NCBI GenBank assembly: GCA_002633005.1
Contig: NMRA01000038.1
Span: 537,501 to 580,213, forward strand
Origin: Phoronis australis
Taxonomy: Eukaryota; Animalia; Phoronida
Direction of reading: 5' to 3'
DNA length: 42,713 nucleotides
Position 1 is the stretch's first letter. Every line of letters begins with the position of its first letter. Both the position numbers and the translations under genes were made by a program. The notes under the pieces are model-generated. The model was not told the DNA's origin. It ran no database searches and saw only the letters and a program-made list of their open reading frames with translations. Below are positions 26,301 through 38,300 of the stretch, piece by piece.

Positions 26301-29300
26301 GTGCACAAGATGTGGCAAGTGCTCAGCAGACAAAGTCAAGGACATGGCCAGTAAGTCAAGGCTACAACTCAGGGGATAGGATGTACACACAATCAGTGTG
26401 TCTCCAGCTATTGAGGACTTTACTATGGGAAGTCATCAGTGACAGAAACCAGACATGAATAGCTCATGTAAACCAGGCCAAAGTAGGCCTATTTGAGGAG
26501 TGGTTCCAATTCACTATGAAGAAGACCACAAAATTATTAGCATTGAACTTGGGAAGGGAGAACACTGCCTATTCTCTACTCATGCTATGCTGCAGAAGAA
26601 TAACAAAAAGAAATTGAGTAATTTCAAAATTATCAGAAAAAAAAACGATATGCTCACGAAATACTAGACAGGATTGTTGGATCCGGAGTTTTGCACCATG
26701 TTCGAAATCCTGAGCCATGTTTGAAAACCCTCGAGTTCTGTCTGCTTTATAAGACAAGTGACTGAATTAGTTTCCCGTATGGTACATATTTCTATGCTTT
26801 TGTTGAAATAATAATAGTGACATGCTCAGCAAGTGAAAATATTGTGTAACTATACGAGCGTTCTGTGAATAGCAGAAAGGAAGATTTGGAGGCAAAAGCT
26901 CAACGCCCAAACTTGAATTGTGCTTGAATTTGCTAAGGAGAAACCCCAGGATCATTTCATAAATGAGATGTTTATGCACTTGGATGAGTGAGTCATCTTC
27001 AACAAGAAGGTTTACTTCCATTGTTAAGTTGGCCTCAAGAGAACACTGAACATCACATTAGACACTTCAACAAGAATAGTAACAGTTCTCTTTATAATCA
27101 GGTCCTGACCCTTAGGGTTCAGCAGACAGTGGCAATCCCAACTTTGCCGTCTATTAATCATTCTTACACTGTCCTACTTGTATTTAGGTGATAATTATGA
27201 CTAACATTCAACACTGACCCCATCTGAACTCCCTTGACCTCAAATCACCTCACTGGCCCCGTCCTGAATGTACAAATTGACCCTGTTTCCCTCGCAAACC
27301 TTTTATTACTAAAAAAAACAATGAAAAGGCAAAAATAAAACTGAATGGGGTTTTACAGCGATAATATAATACCCGTCTAGTCAGATATAGGACAAAGTGT
27401 GGCAAAGGCAAAAAAATAACATAATTTTCTTACTATTAAATCAAGAATCTCGAGTAGATCTAGCTAGTTTTGAATCAGACATTTGTGAATTGTTGTCAGT
27501 TTTATCCCTTAATATTCTGTAAACTCAGTCACACCATTAAACTATTTAGTAATTACTTTTAATCCTGTAATAGAATACTCAATTACATAGTTCACCTGCT
27601 GCATTACAATTCATCTGTAAATATTTTCAGGTGTGAAATAAATATCAAGCAAAATACATTGGATGAAGGCTAAATCAATATGAAACATAACAGAAAGATT
27701 TTTTGAACTTCCAGTGACCCGATGTAAAAACAACTGTTATTTTGTATCAGCAAAGATCAATTACTATTGAGACCAACTCATAGACGCAAACATTCCAAAA
27801 TTAAGAAGCGAGAGATCTGGACCCAGGATGCCGCAATAGGGGGGAAATGTCTGCAATAACTCCCTGAAACCGCATGCCAGTCCCATTTTTAGTCAAGCAC
27901 AAGAACTGGAACAGTACAACAAGGAAATAAGGATATACAGAATAAAAGGCATATGCCATAAACAGCGGAACATTCTGATTCTGCTATGGGACGCCGATGA
28001 AGTTTGAAAAAGTGGAACAATATTGGCTACTCTGTATTGGTAGTTGTTGTTACTGTGGTTGATGTTAATAACTTGTGTGGTATGGTAAAACCTCACTGTT
28101 GGAAACAACATGGAGAACAAGTGAAATATAGTCTTTATTCATTAATGTAGGGCAATAGTCAGATATGTGCCCACATTTAAAGAACCAGTTTGACTTCCGT
28201 TAGTCAGTGGAGAAAACTGGTTCTCAGAAGGCGGGCACGCTATATAGGACAATTGTCACCTCAGCAGCCACAGCTACAGGTGGCACATCAAATGCAGTTA
28301 TACACAACCACAGTCACAAATCAATTTACATCTTACTTCACTCAATGTTTAACAGGGAAATAGTGAACCCCACACATTGTTATGCAACAACACCGCGTCA
28401 AAAAATCCAAATGAAATTGAAACAAAGCTGAAGAAAATGTATACATAGCAAGCCCAACATTCAGATGGAGCTACTCACGAAAAAATTTACGTAATGGGGA
28501 ACACTTGAAAAGTAGACTCAGCCAAATGAAAAATAGCTCGAGGGCAGTTACATAAATCTGCCAACCAAAGTATATTTCATTAAAAAAGCTAGGTCAGCTG
28601 TCTACCCCCTGTTGATAATGGCATCCTGAAAGGCTAACACAATTTTTCCGTGAACTTAAACATCTGTAACACATGTCAAGCAAATGTGAAGTAATCCTGT
28701 GGCGAGTGTTTAGGGTTCCCTGTCAAGGAATTAGGGTGAAAGGGCCAGTGGGTCAGACAAGCGAATTAAGCGAAAACCTGTGTCTAATCAACTGCACAAG
28801 TCGGTGAGACCAAATTAGGTCACCAAATTGGGACGCAATTATAGCAGAAGAAATGGGTCGGGCGTGCTCTGCTTTAAGGTTTAACACACTAACACACGTC
28901 ATTGTTGAGAATGAAAACAAAGTGAGTTGTGTATGAATTCAGGTCAGTTAGCGGGGAGTTGCGTGGCAATTGACCAGACTTTGTTTTGCGCTAGCGAAGG
29001 TCTGACGTAAGGAACAACAAGAGCCCATCAATATAGGTCAGAGCTTGAGTAACAGTGAGCTGTTTGTATGACATTTATTTCATAAGGAATCTGACAGAAT
29101 AAATATGCTTGTATATGCATTGAGCACTGCCTCAGGGCTGACTGCATACCATAATAGCTGAAGAGAGCCATCACCACACCTGACTGATCATATTATACAA
29201 AAATCTATAAGGAAACCATATATTCCACAGGGGGTATCAAGATGTCTCCATCACAGTTGCAACATTCAAAGAACATCAAATTATGAAAATTGCACCATGT

Positions 29301-32300
29301 GTCAAGATGAAAAAAAACAGAATGAATTGAACAAACATCAAAAACTCTGAAATTAAATCTCAGGGAATTAATATCATAATTAATAGCGAACACAGTTTGA
29401 TAGATCCCCATTCCCAAATCCCACAATGAACCTGACCATGGTGAAACATAGGTCAAAGGAGTAGTTCATCATGTTCAGAGGGGGGAGAGCACATCCAAAA
29501 ATTAATTGTCGGAAAAATGAAAAGATTTGGTGAAAATACATTTCACAGCTTCAAATACTTAAGACTTTAAGCAATTTCTTTAATAACACTGAGTAACATA
29601 ACTAAAAAGAATTATTAGATTCTTGAATTCAGCACACCCCTGTCATTCAGCAATAGTTGAGCCCATGACAAGAAAGCCTAGACAAAAGGCCAGATTTATT
29701 ACCTCAGGTCTGATAACCCACTTTCCTGAAACAATTTTTGTGTGATTAATAATTCATGGTACGTACTATCAAACTATGAAATAAGGATAAGAGCTGACAG
29801 TGAATTGAGACACGTTAATAGTACTCATGCCACTCTAAACTACAATGTATCCAGAGACTTGAGGCCCTTTTCACACTGCTTACTACCATGGTAAATCCAG
29901 ATGTTAACAACCAAAGTAACCAGTTGGCTTTCCCACTGAAGTACATAATACAGTGCATCGCAGTAGTGCGCAGAATTTGTTTAATTTTCAACGCTCTAGC
30001 AATCTCTTGCTAAAAATCAGATCAATCTTACTGCTGACCTGAGTGGGGTAAAAATAAATTAGTACGATTCTTAATCCCATGTTTTCAAGCCAAGTAATGT
30101 TACTATTGCACTAAAGCACTTTTCGCACCAGAATTTGCTGAACTTGTGGCTTTCAGGATTGTTACTACCAGTAGTTAATTGCTTAGTACTGTGGGAAATG
30201 TGTTATGAGTGCTCCCCTATTCAAAACTGACAAAACTGTGGGTTTAAGATCATTCAGATAAGCACTCCACAGTGTGGTTAGGTACACAAGCCCAGACAGA
30301 CTATCATAAAAGCTCAGGAATCCTAAAGAGGGAAGACTGGGAATACTCAACAAAGGAACAGCAGTTCGAGAGCTTCTTTTAGTCGTTTTTGTTGTTCACC
30401 AATTGCTGTCAGTTAAAGACTAAACTCTAAAAAGTCTCAATTTTTAATGAGGGATTCAGTTTTTGTCGGCCTCAATGTCAAAAATTATCTGCACTGCATC
30501 ACCTGAATGTACAGTGGTTCACACTGAAAACTTTCACCCGGACCTCACCAGGAGTATGAGAGGTTTATTGAAATTGCATCCAACTGAAACTATTTTATGT
30601 GAAGAACTCTCATCAAATTCGCAAAAAAGTAACAGCCAAATTGCAATTTTCCATTTTTGAGTTGAAGAGCTTTTACTGCAGCCCTGAAAACTATGCTACT
30701 GTTACATTCTTAGGGAAACATAACATTTCTGATTGTATTAAGTAAAAAATCACCTTTGGCAAATTTGGCGACCACAAAAATAAGAAAAATTCAACAAGTA
30801 AATGAATGTCTAACAGTAGCAAGCAAAAACCGTGAGCGGTTGATGAAATGGTTGTTAATGGGACCTAGAGACACCTGGTGGTGAAGAACTACATTTTATG
30901 AAACTTGACTGATATCTGGGGTTTGTTACAAGAACTGATTTGAAATTAATCAAAGTACATCAGAGATAAACGTAAGTAACAGACATTATCAACTGATTAC
31001 ACACAGATACCAAGGAGTTATTATCAGAAATCAACCAAACCAACAACGGAAGAAGATTCACTACCTGTCACAATTACTTTTTGGAGACTTATTCAACTAG
31101 ATTATAATAAGATCTATATCAAGTTGAAACGATTTACTAAAACTACATTAAAACTCGGCTATGACTTTCATTAGTTTTTGCAAAAGGTTTCAACAGATTT
31201 CATACACACTGACACACAAACAAAAAACATAACAAAAATCAATCGAGTTGAGATTACACTGGAAAATGCAGAGGTGGGTGACATCTATTGGTCATTAACA
31301 CAACCATGGCTGAATTAACTGTCTGGATGACGGCATGCCTGACCTCTAGGGGGAATTACTGTAACATGTTCAGGAACAGAATGTCTTATGTGTAATATAT
31401 TTGGGAGTTTTTTGGTTGGAATTAAGTAACAATCTTGAGTCTGAGATTCCCTCCTGGATTGCTTTCTCTCTCTTTATAGGTTGTGTCATAAAAAGTCACT
31501 GTTTTGATCTACCGTATTCGCCGTAATAACCGCCCAGGGCGCTTAGAAAAGTTCGTTTCAGGAGGGGTGGTTATTATAACCCAAGGCCGTTGAAACATGG
31601 TCTTCGAAACGAGTGAAATCGGAAGCTAAGATTCATCATATTTATGCTCTGTGACGATTCTGTAATCTATGAAAGACTTTCTACAAAACCATGGTGCATT
31701 GCTATCAAACTTTGCTGCTAAATTACGATCATTTTACAGAAAATTGTGCTGAAATCCAAGGGCGAAAACTCCCCGACTGCCTGCCTCACAATCGTCAATA
31801 TGGCTTGAATAAAAAAACAGTTTCGACTCAAGCAAATTACCTGAAATCCTCCTTAAGTTTTCCAAGTAGCGCCCCTAAGATTTTTAAGTTCCCGTGGAGT
31901 CGGGATCATGGCAGGTTTAAGTTCAAATCTGTGCTACATCGTGCCATCTACATGTATGATCGGCAACGTGAGAAAAATGGACGAACACACATGTTGTTGT
32001 CACGTGACGTTTGTTTTGAAGTTGTCTGCGTTTGTGAGTAAGCGAGTGCGTGCGTGTCACCAGAGTTCATTTACCAGAGCAGAGACCGTCTTTTGGCCAG
32101 ACCCATTCATCTAACGAGCTAGATGTGCATTGTATCTAAAAAAATTTGCACAAGCAGTAGGTCTAAACCAGAGCGTGTTTCATTCAGCACTCGGCTTGCT
32201 GCTCTCATATGCTAAACTTAAAACGTTCGACATTTGTCTCGGTAAGGCCATATTAGTCGCCATGTGACTAGGAAACCAATTTTTCGGTGTAAGGGTGTGT

Positions 32301-35300
32301 AAGCATTCACTGTCAGTGGTCATTGTATCGGATATTTGGCTTAAAAACACCAATTATGGTTAACTTAATCAAACAAGTCATCTTAAAAATAACGCAAACA
32401 TTTTTTATAGTATGAAAAACTGTCGGAAATTAGTGCCAATATTCATTTCTTGCCGATGCTATGCTACCCGTTTCATGAATGGATAGTTCCCAACTAATGC
32501 CTTTGACGACAGGTTCGCATATGTAGCGCGCTTCCTGGCCACGTGCTTTTAACACTGGCCAAGCTTTTTATTAGTCTTCGATTCGCGGTTTTCACGTGTA
32601 GGCCTACAAACAGGGCTTGGAATGACCAATGACAAAAACGCGGAAAGTTTTACGGCCCAAAACATGCGCGCTACCCAGCCTTGAAANACGCTACCCAGCC
32701 TTGAAAAAAAAAAAACGTTACCACCATCAGTAGCATGCGTCTGCGTCTTTTTATCTCGTCCATCCACTCCTCCACTCCCACCCCCACACATATTACATCT
32801 CAAATTACAAATTCCCCGAAAACTGCCAGAAAATGCACATTTTTAAAGAAGTCTGCAGTTAAAACACATGTCAATTTCCTGCATGGATGCCACAAAAATT
32901 TGTTTAGGATGAAATTCATTTCCTCTTATCAAATGCAAGCATCTCTAAGTGTTCAAGAATTCACAAAGCAGGACCCAGTCACACCACGTTGGATCCAACT
33001 ACAGTTGAACAAATCAATGAACACTCAGATTAAAAAAAAACCTGGACCGTGTCGCATTCGACGCATGTTTTAACCAATGTCAGTCCCTTCCACCCCTACC
33101 CAGATTGTTTTTTCAAAACCCGAAGACAGGCTTGGACATTCAGAGAACAAGTTTGGTATGACCGGTTTTGAAGACAGTGAATTACAAGCCACATTAGTGG
33201 CACCCCACAGTGATTGTCACGACTTACTTTCTTCTTCTTTCCCAACCATTTCTCGCAGGACAGTGCGTTTTTCTTGCCGGTTTTCCCTTCGAACCACTTG
33301 AGGTCGGCGTACTGTTCATTGAACTGGTCCAAGTCATACTGGAAACAGCAAAGGTGACACCTTCACAAACAATTTCTCATCGCGCACTGCATTACGGAGG
33401 TTGCAGGTCTAATAGCAACGGTACAAGCCATGTCCCTCTACATCGAGCCAGAAACAATCTACAACTGGCGACTAATTTGTTCAGGTTACGCGAGTTCATG
33501 CAGTTTGCTCTTTGAAATTGCTGCAGTCACCATAACATGAAAATCTACAATTACTAGCTCCACAAGTTACATTCAATTTTTCAAATTTTGTGCTAATAAG
33601 AACTACAAACCCATTAACCTACCTGAGAAAGGACGGTGAGGTACTTCTCAAACCTGGGCAAGTTTAACCGACCGTGTTCATTAAGATAACCTGAAATTGG
33701 AAACAGTTTTAAAACATGAATACAGAACATGAAGACAATAAAGTACAGCTAATTCCTTTTCACTCTTGTCTTCTATGATGGTTGCTTTGCCATACTAGGA
33801 AACCAAAATCATGTTACCATGGACACGTATTTTCCATTCTCCTGAAGGCAAGTTAAAGAGTTTTCTTAAATATCGTTTATACGTCACCAAGTAACCTGTG
33901 ATGTCATCAGATGTTTACGAGCCAACAACCATCCCACAATGGAATTGAAAAACATCAGCGACACCGTAAATGAAAGCCCACAAATTTTTATTAAACAAAG
34001 TATCAGAAACTGAGGAAACGTTATCATCAGCTGAGAATTCAGTGTGTATTGACTACTGTGACTGCATATTTCAGGGCTTGGAATGACCTATGAAAAAATA
34101 ATTGCAGGCGGTCTGATACACGTTGTACCAGACGTGCGCAGGCCTCACATGTGGGCCCATTGCACTGATCACCTGGAAATGTTTTTATGCTTTATTAATA
34201 TATGGTTAAAAAAAATGACCTATGACAAAAAACGTGGAAACTTTTACGGCCCAAATCATGCGCTACCCAGCCTTGAATGAAATGGTCGATGTGAACCTTT
34301 CCCCGACAAAAATCGGGATGACTAAAAAAAAAACCTTACCACCATCAGTAGAACGCGTCTGCGTCCTTTTAGCTCGTCCGTCCACTCCCCACCCACACGT
34401 TTTTGGCTGCAGAGCCGTAGTATTTGTCGCCGCGGTTTACAATAACACGAGACGCCATTGAAAATCCCACCACGCTATCCCAGATGCCCCAGCAATGTTG
34501 ACAATTTACGTTCCTCCAAAACATAAAGAGCAACTTCCGCTTTTCGAGGTGAACGTCGTCTGCAACGCCACGGTAAGAAAGGAATTAGCCGCGGAAATTT
34601 TATATCAAATCCGATTTTTTTACGCGCAAGTATAATAAAATGCGCGGACAGAACATTTGAAAAAAGCGGAAATCCGCATTTCCGCGGAAAATTCCAAGCC
34701 CTGATATTTGGTCCGTTCCATTTGCTACCATCAGAAATGGCTACGGTAACCCTGATCGATGGATATGACATCATCAATCAGTGGTATGACATCATCAATC
34801 AGTGGGTATAACATCATCAATCAGAGGGTAAGACATCGTAAACAGAGTATTTAGTACATCCAATAGTACCCTGGTGGGTGACATCACGCAACACGCTTAA
34901 GGCTAGTACACAAAATATGATTTTTTATCGCCAACACTGTCGCCAACAAAAATTCGTACCAAGTGCGTTGGGTTCACAACAACAAATTATATTGTGCTTG
35001 TTGGTTAAATGCCACAACAATTTGTTGTCGAGGAAGAACCACAAGGCCTACCTACAAAAATCTTGTCATGTGATTTGGCTTTTACTGGGTAGATATTAGC
35101 AGACATAAAAATAATCTTTCACATCAATGGTACTTTGCATGACAATGTGACAAACTTCAGAACAATAGCAGATATCTCATCACGTGTCTGCCCACGTGTG
35201 ATGCCTTACCATCGAGTGTGGGCAGCACCTTGATGTAGGTCTTCCACAACATGGGCAGGGCATCATGATTGATGTGCAGGTTGGGTAGGTGAGGAATGAA

Positions 35301-38300
35301 GTCATTACCCACGAGGAAGCCCATCAGTACCCAGTCGTCGATGATGCGCTCCAAGTCATAATCAAACGTCACTTTGTCCTGTAACAATTCGAGTACACAA
35401 CAGCATGAATTTAGATATCCCAATTTCAATGTTTAGTCACAATATCCAGGCAGCGTTTATGTAAAAGAAGTTTTAAAGTTACGTAGGACCCTAGAAAAAT
35501 GTCCAATTTTAACTATTTTCGGAAAATCTCAAAAATGACTGATCAGATTGAAATGAAACTTTCAGATACTATGCTTTGTGCACTGGTCTCCAAAATAGTG
35601 TTGGGGACTGTCCACTTTTGCATTAGGGGCTATCGAAAAAATATGATTTTTATAATTTCTCTGACTAAACTCAAAAGTTGCATGAAACAAAAACGAAACG
35701 ATAATTCATGTTGAACATTTGATTCAATTAAAATTTGTTCATGTTGTCAATACAGTTGTTTTGCTATGAATGTACCTTTCTTTTTTGCTAATAATTACCA
35801 AAAAGACAAGGTCATGTGACCAAATTAATAGTAAAATGGTGTAAAGTCCACAGACTTTCTCCTTCCAGAAAGGTATATTATTACGGAATAAAATTTATAG
35901 TTTTATCTGTATTTGGCTACATACAAAGACTTGTCGACAAGGTGCTACATAACCATAAAGACGAGCACACCAGCCACACGTATCAAAATATCACAAGTTC
36001 AAGCAGTTTCTAAATCATGTGAAACGGAGTAAAATTGCCTATATACATTTCAATGCCACTCTTAGTAAGACTAATTCACTCCATTTTAGTCGATATCAAT
36101 TCATATCAGGTTCATGATATCATTCACAGCATGATTCATGGAAAACCTCTCTTGATAACTATAATTACTAGGTGGTAACAAATCATAAATTATCATAACT
36201 GGTGATAAACAACGCATGAAAAATTGACAACCATTAATTTGAAATCTTATCAACCATTTATAAGATATCACACCATTAAAACAAACTAAACATGAAGCGT
36301 TAATATGCACCCACCGTGTGGAATGCATACAGCGTGTGTTCAAGAGATGATCATTATTTTAAACTTTTCCACGAAACGGAGCAATGCTAGTGAACTTAAT
36401 AATAGCCTCTAGAGGGCGTAAAGCAAATTAGACATGCTCTCCTCAATGGAATGAACCAAAATTACAATAAACTACACACATTTTAAAGGCGAAGGCAACC
36501 TTTTTCCATGTCATTTTGAGCTAAAATAAGGTTGGTTGGTTATCCTAGACATATTTTCCACTTCATTACAGCTTTTCGTAATTTTATTAATTACTCGTCC
36601 GCTACTGCGGAAGTGACGTTTTAGGAGGCAAACATTTCGCGCCAATTTCTTTTCATATAGTCTGACTGTGAGAGCTGCCGAGTCGGTCATTGTTCTACCT
36701 CGGTTGTGTTAAGTTCCGTCGTCGCTTGCTTTCATTTACTAATCAGTCAACATGCCACATTGTTGCTGCGTACCGGAATGTACTAATTAGAGGCTCACGC
36801 GCGCTTTGGGAGTACCTTTGCATCGCTTTCCGATGGATGACACACTTCGCCGTACTTGGCTCGTTCGTGTGAAGAACGCAGCGTTACCCGTCCACGCAAC
36901 ATACAAAGCAGTGGAGAATTACCGTGTGTGTGGCAAGCACTTTCTGCCCTCCGGTTACGAAAGGGATTTGTACGCTGAACTGACGAAGGTCCCTGCGAAA
37001 CAACGCCTGAAGAAGGATGCCATTCCGTCTGTGTTGATTCCCGGCAGTGCCCCGTCGCCACCCCCGAGAAGTGCGTTTTTGAAGCGAGAAGCCTCGCGAG
37101 GTGGCCAGTACAGTGACTGGAGCCAGTTGAGGCACTTCATCTACTGTCACCTAGCCTCCGAACGTACCCCAGAGCGNNNNNNNNNNNNNNNNNNNNNNNN
37201 NNNNNNNNNNNNNNNNNNNNNNNNNNNNNNNNNNNNNNNNNNNNNNNNNNNNNNNNNNNNNNNNNNNNNNNNNNNNNNNNNNNNNNNNNNNNNNNNNNNN
37301 NNNNNNNNNNNNNNNNNNNNNNNNNNNNNNNNNNNNNNNNNNNNNNNNNNNNNNNNNNNNNNNNNNNNNNNNNNNNNNNNNNNNNNNNNNNNNNNNNNNN
37401 NNNNNNNNNNNNNNNNNNNNNNNNNNNNNNNNNNNNNNNNNNNNNNNNNNNNNNNNNNNNNNNNNNNNNNNNNNNNNNNNNNNNNNNNNNNNNNNNNNNN
37501 NNNNNNNNNNNNNNNNNNNNNNNNNNNNNNNNNNNNNNNNNNNNNNNNNNNNNNNNNNNNNNNNNNNNNNNNNNNNNNNNNNNNNNNNNNNNNNNNNNNN
37601 NNNNNNNNNNNNNNNNGAGTAATTAATAAAATTACGAAAAGCTATAATTAAGTGGAAAATATGTCTAGGATAACCAACCCACCTTATTTTAGCTCAAAAT
37701 GACATGGAAAAAGGTTGCCTTCGCCTTTAATGTCGTTCATTGTGTGACTACAACATACACATACAAGCCAAAAAATTCGTACAAAATGACCCAGAATTGC
37801 CTGTCATGACAGCCTGACAGCCGGGCAGAAGCCAAAGTAGTCTTTCTTCATGACTGGGAAATGAATAGAAAGGTGGCTAAGCCAGTCTGAATTTGTAATT
37901 TTGCCGCCATAATAGTCATCACCATTTACTTTTGGTGTTAACAGAAATAAGCGTCACGTCGGGAAAACAGTGTTTTGTCTGATAACAATTGTCATGCACT
38001 GTAGGACACTTACTCGAACAGGCGAGAACTCAAAGTCCAGATACTCTCTCAACAAGGACAGGTGAAGAAGGTGGAACGTTATCTCCTCAGGTACGGTGCT
38101 CCTGGAAATCACATAACACAGTGCTTTTAAAGGGACACTAAACTCCCGTTTTAGTCATTTCACCTTCTACAACACAACTAATACTTTTTCATTGAAGGCT
38201 ATGCAGGACTCTAGAAAAATCTTAGAGTCTTATTTGGCTGAATGCAAAGACTTGTCGATAAGGTCCTCCATAAACTTTCCAAAGTTTTCAATTTGTTCGA

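Larger units (their letters stand above)
13340..33227 (-). other. Exceptionally long XRN1 intron (~19.9 kb, phase 0)
   Basis: GTAAGT donor at 33227, CAG acceptor at 13340; no XRN1-homologous coding sequence recognised inside. Confidence 0.8.
36487..37726 (+). mobile_element. Kolobok-type DNA transposon (TTAA TSD, >=110-bp TIRs, THAP ORF), interrupted by an assembly gap
   Basis: TTAA at 36483-36486 and 37727-37730; near-perfect inverted repeats at 36487-36596 and 37617-37726 beginning AGG. TTAA target, purine termini and an N-terminal THAP domain fit Kolobok; piggyBac termini begin CC. Confidence 0.85.

Noticed and set aside
13340-33227. Nested protein-coding gene or snoRNA/miRNA cluster in the long intron
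   Set aside because: Listed ORFs are short and lack recognisable domains; no convincing C/D box pairs or known miRNA sequences by eye. Not excluded without an Infernal/Rfam search and RNA-seq.
36806-37651. 281-aa ORF as an intact host THAP gene
   Set aside because: The length is inflated by the N gap; the real ATG is at 36752 followed by an in-frame stop; the ORF lies within transposon TIRs
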